Shown here piece after piece: positions 27,299 to 36,563 of a stretch of DNA of 64,000 nt. Every line of letters starts with the position of its first letter. Positions within the stretch are counted from its first letter, which is position 1. Made by a program: the position numbers and the translations under genes. The notes beneath the pieces are model-generated. The model had not been told where the DNA came from and ran no database searches. It saw only the letters and a list, made by a program, of their open reading frames with translations. The DNA is from Holophagaceae bacterium. Lineage in GTDB: Bacteria > Acidobacteriota > Holophagae > Holophagales > Holophagaceae. The DNA lies in assembly GCA_017859995.1 (NCBI GenBank), contig JAFJUR010000003.1, positions 6,015 to 70,014 of the forward strand. Reading direction: 5' to 3'.

Positions 27299-28672
27299 CT
27301 ACTTCAGGCAAACCATCAGGTCGTCCTTGCCGGGGAAGATGATGCCGGCCCGGTCGGCCGCGAAGAGACCGAACCCAGGTTTTGCCTGGACTGGAGCCGA
27401 CCAGATTTCCTTACCTGTGCCGGGCTCGAGGGCCCGGAGGACGGTGATCTTGCCTTCGGGACAAGCCACGATCAACCGGGTGCCGAACATCATCAGGGGC
27501 CAGGGCGCAGGCTTGGCCATGGGCACCGACCACACCAGCTCGCCGTTCGCGGCTGCCAGACACCGGACGCCCCCTTCTTCGGTGAGGTAGACTCGCCCCT
27601 CCTGAATCCAGGGCATGTGGACGACACCCTTCCGTTCCCAGGCCGTGCGGCCCGTGGACGCATCTAGGGCGACCAGGGTGGGGCCGCCGAAGGTGCCTTG
27701 CTTGATGGAGAACAGCCGCGAGCCCTCCCCGACAAGGCTGGCTCCCGCCTTCTCTCTCCACGCAACCTCACCCTTGGCCAGATCCAGAGAGAGGATGGTC
27801 TCATCCAGAGACAGGCAATAATGTCCCTGGACCTCTACGCCCGGAGACATCCACCGACCCCCTCCCAGGTGCGTCTTCCAGAGCGCCTTGCCGTCGGTCG
27901 CCTGGAAGGCCTGAATCCAGGGGGCGCCGCCCACCAGGATCCGGTCGCCGAGGATCACAGGCGGGTGATCGGCTCCCGCGGCGAGCGGGGCCTCCCATTG
28001 TTTGGCGCCCGAATTCAGGTCTAGGGAGTAGAGCTTCCCCGCGGCCTCGCCGTCCGCGCCTTTGCCGTGGGTGACGAGGTAGACTCTCTGGCCTTCGATG
28101 ATGGGGAACTGAACTTTTGTCTTGTTGTTGCCGTCCATGACGAATTGGCGCAGGGTCTCAAGCTGAACCTGGTAGCGAAGCTTGCCGGTGGCCTTCTCCA
28201 GGGCCACGCAGCGGTAATCCGACGTGGTGTATACGACCAGCCCGTTGACGACCACCGGTCCGCTCTCCAAACCTCCTTCCACCGCCGCGGACCATAGATC
28301 CGCGCCCTTGTCCCTCGAACGGGCGATCAGCCATTTCCCGTCAGAGACCACCACCACATCTGCATCTTCGGCCCGGATACCCGCAGCAGGCACAGGGATC
28401 CGCCAGGATTCTCCCGCGGGCTTCGCAATCTCCTCGGCGGCAGGAGCGTTCTGCATCCGGGCTGCCTGTTCGCTGATCTGGCGCCGCCGGGCGTTCAGGG
28501 CCGCCTGACGGGCTTGACCCATTTGCATCTGCATTTGCATATTCATATGCATCTGCATTTGCTGATGAAACCGCATGGCCTGTTGGGCTGCGAACTGGGG
28601 TGAAGGAGGACCCGCCAGCAGCGGTCCAAGGCCGAGGATGACGGGAAACAGCCGTCTGGCACCGAGGGACAT
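27299..28672 (-). CDS. Secreted PQQ-like beta-propeller protein (BamB-like repeats) with a Q/M-rich N-terminal segment
   Basis: Repeated ALDxxTGxxxW motifs; signal peptide; QQMQMHMNMQMQMQM. Confidence 0.8.
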   Translation of the reverse strand: MSLGARRLFPVILGLGPLLAGPPSPQFAAQQAMRFHQQMQMHMNMQMQMQMGQARQAALNARRRQISEQAARMQNAPAAEEIAKPAGESWRIPVPAAGIRAEDADVVVVSDGKWLIARSRDKGADLWSAAVEGGLESGPVVVNGLVVYTTSDYRCVALEKATGKLRYQVQLETLRQFVMDGNNKTKVQFPIIEGQRVYLVTHGKGADGEAAGKLYSLDLNSGAKQWEAPLAAGADHPPVILGDRILVGGAPWIQAFQATDGKALWKTHLGGGRWMSPGVEVQGHYCLSLDETILSLDLAKGEVAWREKAGASLVGEGSRLFSIKQGTFGGPTLVALDASTGRTAWERKGVVHMPWIQEGRVYLTEEGGVRCLAAANGELVWSVPMAKPAPWPLMMFGTRLIVACPEGKITVLRALEPGTGKEIWSAPVQAKPGFGLFAADRAGIIFPGKDDLMVCLK

Positions 28673-28786
28673 GACGGAACTCCAAGAGTTGGCCGAGGAT
28701 CGGCCGGCAGGACGGGACAGTGCCCACACAAACGACGATCCGCCAGGACACCGCTCCCTGGCGGATCGCCATGAAAACGAATGGAG

Positions 28787-30826
28787 CTAGGCGGTTGTCT
28801 TGCTCTGCTTCCGCGCCTCGACCACCTTGTCGGCGTCGCGGCCCACGAGCTCCTGGAGGTGGTGGAAGGCCCAGGTGAAGGATCCGACACCCATGGTGAG
28901 GCTCCGGAGCTCCACGATGACGTCGCTCATCTCGGCCTGCGGGATGTAGGCCGACACAACGTCCCAGCCGTTCCAGCCGGGCTTGGCGTCGAAACCGAGG
29001 ACCTGGCCGCCACGCCTGCCGGTGACCAGACGCTGGGCCTTGGGCGTGAACTCGCTGGGCACGCTGATGTGCACCTCGCTGATGGGCTCCAGCAGCACGG
29101 GGTGGCAGACCGGCGCCGCCTCGGTCATGCCGATGCGGGCGGCGGTCTTGAAGGCCATGTCGGAGCTGTCCACCGTGTGGTAGCTGCCGTCCACCAGGGC
29201 CACGTGGATGTCCACGACCGGGAAGCCCAGGGGTCCGCGCTTCATCCAGTCCACGATGCCGTGCTCGACCGCGCCGAAGAAGTTCTTGGGCACCACGCCG
29301 CCGACGATCTTCTCTTCGAACTGGAAGCCCGAGCCGCGCGGCAGCGGCTTGATCTCCAGCCACACGTCGCCGAACTGGCCGTGGCCGCCGGTCTGGTGCT
29401 TATGGCGGCCGTGGACCTTCGCCGCCTTCGTGAAGGTCTCGCGGTAGGGGACCAGGGGTGGATGGTGCTGCACGTCCAGGCCGAAGCGGCTCTTGAGGCG
29501 GTCCAGCGCGCACTTGAGGTGCACCTCGCCCTGGCCCCAGAGGATGCGCTCCTGGGTCTCGGCGTTCTGCTCCACCTGCAGCGAGGCGTCCTCCTCGCAG
29601 AGCTTCTGCAGCGCCAACGACAGCTTCACGTCGTCGCCGCTCTTGCTGGTGTGGAGGCTGAGGGCCAGCATGGGCTGGAGGGGCTCGGGCCAGGCCAGCT
29701 CCACCTTGGCGGAGGGCGTGAGGCCCTCGCTGGTGCGAACTTCGTCCATGCGGCCCAGGGCGACCACTTCGCCGGCGCTGGCCTTCTGCTGCTTGAGCTG
29801 CTGGGCGCCGAAGAGCTTGTTGATGCCGCTCACGCGGTTCCCGGCGAGGGAGGCGCCGTCGGTCACCTCGCCACGCCACACGCGGGAGATGCTCAGCTTG
29901 CCCACATGCTGGGCGTGCACGGTCTTGAACACCTGCACCAGGGCGTCCTTGCCCTCGGGAATGCCCAGGCGGGCCGCGGTGGCGTCCACCCGGGGCGCCT
30001 CCTCGCAGAGGGCCTGGAACAGGCGCCGCACCCCGGCGTCCTTGTCGGCGGAGCCGAAGAACACGGGCACCAGCAGATCCTGCTGCACGTCCTTGGCCAT
30101 GTCCTCACTGACCTCCTCGAGGGAGGGCATCACGTCGCCCAGCAGCTCCTCCATGAGGTGGTCGTCGAAATCCGCGAGCTTCTCCAGCATCAGCTGGCGG
30201 GCCTCGTGCTCCTCGGGCAGGAGGGATTCGGGCATCTGCCTCAAGTCAGCATCCTTGCCAGCCTCGTACTTGTAGGCGTGTTCGCTGATGAGATCCACAT
30301 AGCCGGTGACCTGGTCGCCCTCGCGGATGGGCAGCTCCACCAGCACCAGCGGACGCTCGGAGACCAGCTGCAGGGCGTTGAGCGCGTCCTTCAGCTTCGC
30401 GGCGCTGCCCGCGGCCTCCATCTTGTTGATGAAGAGGACGTGGGGGATCTTGTGGTCGTCGAGGAACTTCAGGGCCGGCGCGGCCATGAGGGCGCGGGCG
30501 GGATCGGGATCGCAGACCACCACGGCGATGTCGGCGGCCATGAGGGCGTGGACCGTCTCCTGGCGGAACTCGACGGAACCCGGGCAGTCGATGAGGGTCC
30601 AGGCCTCGCCCTGGTACTCGCAGGCGGCCAGGCTGGCCTCCACGCTCATCTGACGGGCCTTGGCTTCCATGGAGGCGTCGCCGACGGTGTTCCCCTCCTT
30701 GATGGAGCCCTTGCGCGGCAGGGCGCCTGCCACGAAGAGAAGGCTCTCCAACAAGGAGGTCTTTCCGGAGAGGTAGGGCCCCACGATGGCCGCTACGCGT
30801 GGAGTTGACTGGGAATTTCCGCTCAC
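28787..30826 (-). CDS. Elongation factor G paralog (EF-G2-like)
   Basis: GPYLSGKT, DCPG, NKME, GQGEVHL, VPYRET, HQTGGHGQFG, VDSSDMAF, LLEPI; outside the str operon; GTG start with GGAGG RBS. Confidence 0.9.
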   Translation of the reverse strand: MSGNSQSTPRVAAIVGPYLSGKTSLLESLLFVAGALPRKGSIKEGNTVGDASMEAKARQMSVEASLAACEYQGEAWTLIDCPGSVEFRQETVHALMAADIAVVVCDPDPARALMAAPALKFLDDHKIPHVLFINKMEAAGSAAKLKDALNALQLVSERPLVLVELPIREGDQVTGYVDLISEHAYKYEAGKDADLRQMPESLLPEEHEARQLMLEKLADFDDHLMEELLGDVMPSLEEVSEDMAKDVQQDLLVPVFFGSADKDAGVRRLFQALCEEAPRVDATAARLGIPEGKDALVQVFKTVHAQHVGKLSISRVWRGEVTDGASLAGNRVSGINKLFGAQQLKQQKASAGEVVALGRMDEVRTSEGLTPSAKVELAWPEPLQPMLALSLHTSKSGDDVKLSLALQKLCEEDASLQVEQNAETQERILWGQGEVHLKCALDRLKSRFGLDVQHHPPLVPYRETFTKAAKVHGRHKHQTGGHGQFGDVWLEIKPLPRGSGFQFEEKIVGGVVPKNFFGAVEHGIVDWMKRGPLGFPVVDIHVALVDGSYHTVDSSDMAFKTAARIGMTEAAPVCHPVLLEPISEVHISVPSEFTPKAQRLVTGRRGGQVLGFDAKPGWNGWDVVSAYIPQAEMSDVIVELRSLTMGVGSFTWAFHHLQELVGRDADKVVEARKQSKTTA

Positions 30827-30900
30827 AGTGCCTCCTGGATTGTGTGGTTCAGATGTGGACCGCCCCAAGTGTTCCGACCTCACCACCCCCTGGCAACACC

Positions 30901-30930
30901 AAAAAAAAGCCGCCCGGGAAAAGGCGGCTT
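30901..30930 (-). terminator. Intrinsic terminator downstream of fadN
   Basis: Minus strand AAGCCGCC-TTTTCCCG-GGCGGCTT followed by a T-run. Confidence 0.75.
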
Positions 30931-31003
30931 AAGTCACAAATCTTGGAAGTGTTGCGGCAGGTTCAAGGGTTTATTCACTGCGGAGAACGCAGTGAGTGGC
31001 CTT

Positions 31004-33367
31004 CTAATTCCTCAGGGGCTTGCCCGTCTTCAGGATGGCGTCCATGCGGGCCTGGGTTTTCTCATAGCTGCAGAGGCGGGCGAAGGCCTGCCGCTCCAGT
31101 TCCAGGATCCGCTCCTCGGTCACGTCCTGCACCAGGCTCACGTCGCCGCCGCAGAGGATGTTGGCCAGCTCGGCCATGATGACCGCGTCGTGCTCGCTGG
31201 CGAGGCCCTGCAGCTGGAAGTCGCGCACGGCCATCTTGAGGGCTTCGCTGCCGCCCCGGCCGGGCAGGCGCAGGGTGCGTTCCTTCACGGGCTGGAAGTC
31301 GGCGGCCATCTTGAGGACCTCCTGCTTGGCCTCATGGAGCAGGAAGGCCTTGTTCATCACCCGGCGGTCCGTGCGCCGCAGGTAGCCGTTGCGCTGGGCT
31401 TCGTCAAAGCTGGTGTGCACGGTGGCCGTGCCGATGCCCTGGAAGGCGGCCTTCACCTTGGGCATGGGGCCCAGCTCGCCCTTGGCGGCCATGGCATCCT
31501 CCATGCGGAGCAGCATCTGCAGACAGCCGCCGCCCGCCGGGATGACGCCCACGCCCACTTCCACCAGGCCGATGTAGAGCTCGGCGTGGCCCACGGCCCG
31601 CTGGCAGGCCATGGTCACTTCGCAGCCGCCGCCCAGCGCCAGGTTGAAGGGCGCCGCCACCGTGGGGAACGGGGCGTAGGTGAGCATGCGGCCCGCGTAC
31701 TGCAGGCGCCGGGCCACCTCTTCGATGAGGTCGAACTGCTTGTCCTTGGCGGCGTTCAACACCATCACCAGGTTGGCGCCGGCGCTGAAGTGCTGGCCCT
31801 GGTTGCCCACCACCAGGCCCTTGAAGCGGCCCGGCACGTGCTTCTGGATGGTGTCTTCCATGAGGCCAATGATGCCGTCGTCCAGGGCGTTCATCTTGCT
31901 GCGGAAGCTGAGGCAGGCCACGTCGTCGCCGAGGTCGATGAGCTGGGCGCTGCCGTTCTCGGCCACCACCTTGCCCCGGCCCTCCTCGCGCTTGAGGATG
32001 ATCACCCGCTTGTCTTCGAGGATGGCGTCGTAGGCCAGCGTCTTGGGATTCAGCTGGGCCACGGGGACGCCGTGCTCCCAGCGGTAGAAGCTGGTGATGC
32101 CCTTGGCGAGCATCCGCTCGACGAGGGGCGCGATGGGCTGGTCCTCGAAGCGCATGCGGGCCACGACGCGGTCCACTCCGAGGAGATCCCACAGCTCGAA
32201 GGGACCCACCTCGAAGGCAAAGCCGTTCTTGATGGCGCGATCCACGTTCAGAGGTCCGTCGGTCACCTCGCCCAGGCGGTTCACGGCGTAGGTGAGGTTG
32301 GGCGAGATGCAGCGCCAGGCCAGGCGCCCGGCCTCGGTGTCGCTGGTGAGCAGCGTCTTCACTTTCTCGGAAGGGTCATCCAGGCCCTTCAACTCTTTGA
32401 GGATCGGCCAGTCGCGCTTCACCTGGGGGATGTACTCGCGGGTGGCGGGATCCAGGGCCAGGAAGGTCTTCTTGCCCTTGGCGTCCTTGGGGCCCTTCTT
32501 GAAGAAACCCTGCTTCGTCTTGTTGCCCAGCAGCTTGCTGTCCAGCATCCACTGGAGGAATTCCGGGAACTTGAAGACGTCCCGCACCTCGTCGTTCGGG
32601 CACAGGTCGTAGACGTTCTTGGCGGTGGCGGCGAGGATGTCCACGCCCGCCAGGTCGGCCGTGCGAAACGCCGCGCTCTTGGCGCGGGCGGCGGCATCGC
32701 CCAGCACCGTGTCCAGCACCTCGAAGGGGATCTTCTCGGCCAGGGCCATGTGCAGGGTGGCCATGATGCCGTGGATGCCGATGCGGTTGCCGATGAAGGT
32801 GGGGCTATCGAAGGCGGGCACCACCTCCTTGCCGAGGCCTTCCTCCAGCCAGGTGCGGAAGGCCTGGGCCTCCGCCCCGTCCACCTCGGGGCCCATCACG
32901 AACTCCAGCAGGCGCAGGTAGCGCACCGGGTTGAAGAAGTGGGTGATGACGAAGTGCTTGCGGAAGGCGTCGCTGCGCCCTTCCACCAGGAGCTTGAGGG
33001 GAATGCCCGAGGTGTTGGAGCTGATCCAGGCACCCGCCTTGAGCTTGGGCTCCAGGCGCCCGTACAACTCGCGCTTGATGGCCAGGTCCTCCTTCACCAC
33101 CTCCACCACCCAGTCGCAGTCCGACAGGCGGTCCAGGTGATCCCGCAGGTTGCCGGGCCGGATCTTCTTGAGGAACGAGGGGTGCATGGCCAGCGCTGGC
33201 TTCGACTTGGCCAGGGCCGCCAGAGCCCCCTCCGCCAGCTTGTCCGGCGCCGCCTCGTCAATGACGATGTCCAGCAGCTCCACCTGGCACCCCGCCGACG
33301 CCACATGCGCCGCAATGCCCGAGCCCATCACCCCCGAACCCAGCACGCCGATTTTCTTGATGGCCAT
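31004..33367 (-). CDS. 3-hydroxyacyl-CoA dehydrogenase / enoyl-CoA hydratase (FadN-like)
   Basis: GSGVMGSGIA, SNTSG, HFFNP, FSAGANL, ALGGGCE, GLVEVGVGVIPAGGG. Confidence 0.93.
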   Translation of the reverse strand: MAIKKIGVLGSGVMGSGIAAHVASAGCQVELLDIVIDEAAPDKLAEGALAALAKSKPALAMHPSFLKKIRPGNLRDHLDRLSDCDWVVEVVKEDLAIKRELYGRLEPKLKAGAWISSNTSGIPLKLLVEGRSDAFRKHFVITHFFNPVRYLRLLEFVMGPEVDGAEAQAFRTWLEEGLGKEVVPAFDSPTFIGNRIGIHGIMATLHMALAEKIPFEVLDTVLGDAAARAKSAAFRTADLAGVDILAATAKNVYDLCPNDEVRDVFKFPEFLQWMLDSKLLGNKTKQGFFKKGPKDAKGKKTFLALDPATREYIPQVKRDWPILKELKGLDDPSEKVKTLLTSDTEAGRLAWRCISPNLTYAVNRLGEVTDGPLNVDRAIKNGFAFEVGPFELWDLLGVDRVVARMRFEDQPIAPLVERMLAKGITSFYRWEHGVPVAQLNPKTLAYDAILEDKRVIILKREEGRGKVVAENGSAQLIDLGDDVACLSFRSKMNALDDGIIGLMEDTIQKHVPGRFKGLVVGNQGQHFSAGANLVMVLNAAKDKQFDLIEEVARRLQYAGRMLTYAPFPTVAAPFNLALGGGCEVTMACQRAVGHAELYIGLVEVGVGVIPAGGGCLQMLLRMEDAMAAKGELGPMPKVKAAFQGIGTATVHTSFDEAQRNGYLRRTDRRVMNKAFLLHEAKQEVLKMAADFQPVKERTLRLPGRGGSEALKMAVRDFQLQGLASEHDAVIMAELANILCGGDVSLVQDVTEERILELERQAFARLCSYEKTQARMDAILKTGKPLRN

Positions 33368-33378
33368 AAGAACTCCTT

Positions 33379-33801
33379 TTAGTCCACAGATTCCACAGAT
33401 TTCACAGATTTGGGTTGGGGCGTGTCGTTGGCGGCGCCCACCATTCGTTTGGATTGGAGCGATCTGGCTCCGAAGTTGATGAGCAGACCCACGGGCCTGC
33501 CTGACGCCTTCAGATAATTCACCAACTGGGCATCCTCGATGGGACCGAGGCGCGGAAGGGCTTTCAATTCGACGATGACTCGGTCGAAGCAGATGAAATC
33601 GGCCCGGTAGGTTGTGCGCAATCGCTGGCCTTTGTATTCAATGTCAATGGCCGCCTCACGCACAAAGGGGATGTCCCTGCCTTGGAATTCGATGGCCAGG
33701 GCCTCCTGGTACGCAGGCTCCGCAAACCCACAGCCAAGCACCCGATGCACCTCCATGGCCGCACCGATGATGGCGTAGGTTTCCGGATCCCTGGACTCCA
33801 C
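33379..33801 (-). CDS. GxxExxY protein (PD-(D/E)xK nuclease fold)
   Basis: IIGAAMEVHRVLGCGFAEPAY (GxxExxY), RADF...VELK, AQLVNYL, GLLINFG; lower GC than neighbours. Confidence 0.93.
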   Translation of the reverse strand: MESRDPETYAIIGAAMEVHRVLGCGFAEPAYQEALAIEFQGRDIPFVREAAIDIEYKGQRLRTTYRADFICFDRVIVELKALPRLGPIEDAQLVNYLKASGRPVGLLINFGARSLQSKRMVGAANDTPQPKSVKSVESVD

Positions 33802-33846
33802 GACTGCCTCACAAAATCTGTGTGAATCTGTGAAATCTGTGGACTA
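33380..33846. mobile_element. Putative mobile cassette: GxxExxY gene between inverted tandem-unit repeats, within the thiolase-fadN operon
   Basis: Left arm 33380-33411 TAGTCCACAGATTCCACAGATTTCACAGATTT; right arm 33814-33846 AAATCTGTGTGAATCTGTGAAATCTGTGGACTA. Mobility is inferred. Confidence 0.65.
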
Positions 33847-34992
33847 CAACTTTTCGATGATGGACGCGATGCCCTGGCCGCCGCCGATGCACATGGTGGC
33901 GATGCCGTACTTGCCGCCGTCGGTTTCGAGACGGTTGAGCAGGGTCGTGAGGATGCGGGCGCCGCTGGCGCCGAGGGGGTGGCCCACGGCGATGGCGCCG
34001 CCCCAGGCGTTCACCTTGGCAGGGTCGTAGCCGCCTTCGCGGATCACCGCGAGGCTCTGGGCGGCGAAGGCCTCGTTGAGCTCCATGGCGTCGATCTGAT
34101 CGAGCTTGAGACCGAAGCGGTCCAGCACCTTCCGCACGGCCGGCACCGGGCCGATGCCCATGCGGTCAGGCTCCACGCCCGCCACGGCGCCGCCGATGAT
34201 GCGGGCCCGGGCCTTGAGGCCCAGGGACTTGGCCAGGCCCTCTTCCATCACCAGCAGGAAGGCGGCGCCATCGGTGATGGGCGAGCTGTTGCCCGCCGTG
34301 ACGCAGCCGTCCACGAGGAAGGCCGGCTTCAGCTCGCCCAGCTTCTCCACGGTGGTGTCGGCCCGCACGCACTCGTCCTGCTGCAGGGTGACAGGCTTGC
34401 CGTCGAGGCCCCTGGTCTCGAAGCGCACCACCTCGCGCTCGAACTTCCCGGCCTTCCAGGCGGTGGCAGCCTTCTGATGGCTCTCGTAGGCGAACGCGTC
34501 CTGGTCTTTCCGGGAGATTTTGTATTCCTTGGCCAGGTTTTCGGCGGTGATGCCCATGGAGCAGTAGGCCTGGGGATAGGTCTCGCTGATGTAGGGATCC
34601 ACGCTGGGGTTGAAGCCCATCATGGGCACCTTGGACATGCTCTCCACGCCACCGGCGAGGAAGAGGTCCCCCTGGTTGGCTGCGATGGCCCGGGCGGCCA
34701 TGAGCATGGTCTCCTGGCTGCTGCCGCAGAAGCGGTTGATGGTGGCGGCCCCGGCGGTGAGGGGCAGGCCCGCGCGGAAGCTCACCAGGCGGGCCATGTT
34801 CATGCCCTGCTCACCCTCCGGCATGGCACAGCCCACCAGCACATCCTCCAACCCCGACCAGTCCTTCAGGAGGGGCTTGAGGGCCTCGATGACCACCGCG
34901 CCCAGGTGCTCGGGGCGGGTGGCCGCGTAGCTGCCCTTGACGCCCCGGCCGATGGGGGTGCGCTTGGCTTCGACGATGACTGCGGATCGCAT
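33844..34992 (-). CDS. fadA: Acetyl-CoA acyltransferase (thiolase)
   Basis: INRFCGS, GGVESMS, NEAFA, GHPLGASG, CIGGGQG. Confidence 0.93.
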   Translation of the reverse strand: MRSAVIVEAKRTPIGRGVKGSYAATRPEHLGAVVIEALKPLLKDWSGLEDVLVGCAMPEGEQGMNMARLVSFRAGLPLTAGAATINRFCGSSQETMLMAARAIAANQGDLFLAGGVESMSKVPMMGFNPSVDPYISETYPQAYCSMGITAENLAKEYKISRKDQDAFAYESHQKAATAWKAGKFEREVVRFETRGLDGKPVTLQQDECVRADTTVEKLGELKPAFLVDGCVTAGNSSPITDGAAFLLVMEEGLAKSLGLKARARIIGGAVAGVEPDRMGIGPVPAVRKVLDRFGLKLDQIDAMELNEAFAAQSLAVIREGGYDPAKVNAWGGAIAVGHPLGASGARILTTLLNRLETDGGKYGIATMCIGGGQGIASIIEKL

Positions 34993-35136
34993 GGGTCCTC
35001 CGGATGGATGCCTGGGCTTGAGTTTCCGAGGAGCCTAGCATCCGGCCGGACGGGCGTAAGCACTTACCGTGAGTCAACGGAGGCGTTCCGGTAACCGCCC
35101 TTTCCAGTCAAGATGGGGGGATTCCCCGGACATCCC

Positions 35137-36090
35137 ATGGCCCCGACTTTCGCCCACTCCCTGGAACCCCTGCTCGCCGAGTGCCGGAAGGTGATCGTCG
35201 GCCAGCCGCAGCTGCTGAACCGCCTGCTGGTGGCGCTGCTCTGCCGCGGCCATGTGCTGCTGGAGGGTCTGCCCGGGCTCGCGAAGACCCGCACCATCAA
35301 GACGCTCGCCTCCGCCAGCCACACCAGCTTCCGCCGCATCCAGTTCACGCCGGACCTGCTGCCCAGCGACGTGGTGGGCACCCTCATCTTCGATCCCAAG
35401 CAGCTCACCTTCTCGCCCAAGCGCGGGCCCATCTTCGCCAACCTGGTGCTCGCCGACGAGATCAACCGCGCGCCCTCCAAGGTGCAGGCCGCGCTGCTGG
35501 AGGCCATGGAGGAGCGGCAGGTGACCCTGGGCGAGGAGAGCTTCGCGCTGCCCGATCCCTTCCTGGTGCTGGCCACGCAGAACCCCCTGGAGCAGGAGGG
35601 CACCTTCCCCCTGCCCGAGGCGCAGATGGACCGCTTCCTCTTCAAGCTCCGCGTGGACTACCCCAAGGCCGACGACGAGGTCGAGGTGCTGCGTCGCGCC
35701 CACCTGAACGGCGACCAGGTGAACCCGGTGGTGGACGGGGCGAGCCTCCTGGCCGCCGGACGCGAAGCCCAGCTGGTGCGCCTCGACGACGCCATCCGCA
35801 CCTTCATCGTCCGCCTGGTGCAGGCCACGCGCCCAGGCCACGGCAAGCCCTGGAAGGGCAAGGAGCAGCTGCGCTGCGGCGCCAGCCCCCGGGCCTCGCT
35901 CTCCCTCCAGGCCGCCAGCCGCGCCCTGGCCTACCTGCAGGGCCGGGACCACGTGCTGCCCCAGGACGTGGTGGACCTGGCCCCTGATGTGCTGCGCCAC
36001 CGCCTGCTGCTCACTTTCGAGAGCGAGGCCGACGGCGCCACCACGGACCAGGCCATCGCCCAGCTGCTCCAGGCCGTGCCGAGACCTTAG
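35137..36090 (+). CDS. MoxR family AAA+ ATPase
   Basis: HVLLEGLPGLAKT, RIQFTPDLLPSD, DEINRA, ATQNPLE, DRF, GASPR. Confidence 0.93.
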   Translation: MAPTFAHSLEPLLAECRKVIVGQPQLLNRLLVALLCRGHVLLEGLPGLAKTRTIKTLASASHTSFRRIQFTPDLLPSDVVGTLIFDPKQLTFSPKRGPIFANLVLADEINRAPSKVQAALLEAMEERQVTLGEESFALPDPFLVLATQNPLEQEGTFPLPEAQMDRFLFKLRVDYPKADDEVEVLRRAHLNGDQVNPVVDGASLLAAGREAQLVRLDDAIRTFIVRLVQATRPGHGKPWKGKEQLRCGASPRASLSLQAASRALAYLQGRDHVLPQDVVDLAPDVLRHRLLLTFESEADGATTDQAIAQLLQAVPRP

Positions 36091-36164
36091 TTCTCTGGCC
36101 GTACCGAGGCTCGAGCTCCGGATCGGCCCTTTTCCCCACCCCCCTCTTTTCGGAGGAAATCCAC

Positions 36165-36560
36165 ATGACACGACCCAAGCTGCTGAAGATCCGCCTGATC
36201 TACAGCGTGGAGGGAAGCCCGGTCCCCCTGGAACTGGATCTCGATCCGGCCACGACGACCTCCCTCTTCCTTGACGAACACGCCGCGGTGGACATCCTCG
36301 GCGCTTTCTACGAGGGCAAGGGCCGCGTCATCACCCGGGACCAGGCCATTGCCCGCTTCGGCACCCGCGCCGAAGCCTGGTTCCCCAAGGGCAAGGACAC
36401 CCTCCCCCTCGACAAGGCCTTCCTGAAGAAGGCCTGGGGCGACGACACCAAGAAGAAGGCCACCCGGCGCGGCGCCCGGTCGGTCCCCAAGGCCGATCCC
36501 ACCACGCTGCCCATGATGCTCATGAAGGATCCCAGCTGCTTGCCCTCTGGCGAGCCCTGA
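36165..36560 (+). CDS. Hypothetical protein
   Basis: Strong RBS (GGAGGA), high GC3 codon usage; no family recognised. Confidence 0.7.
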   Translation: MTRPKLLKIRLIYSVEGSPVPLELDLDPATTTSLFLDEHAAVDILGAFYEGKGRVITRDQAIARFGTRAEAWFPKGKDTLPLDKAFLKKAWGDDTKKKATRRGARSVPKADPTTLPMMLMKDPSCLPSGEP

Positions 36561-36563
36561 GGC

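Noticed and set aside
33380-33846. TA at both ends of the GxxExxY cassette as an IS630/Tc1-style target duplication
   Set aside because: The TA is part of the palindrome and of stop codons. Other copies end in GGAC-AA and GGAT-GA, and no DDE transposase is present.
35137-36090. MoxR without adjacent DUF58/vWA partners
   Set aside because: Partners are often encoded elsewhere; this cannot be judged from one window.
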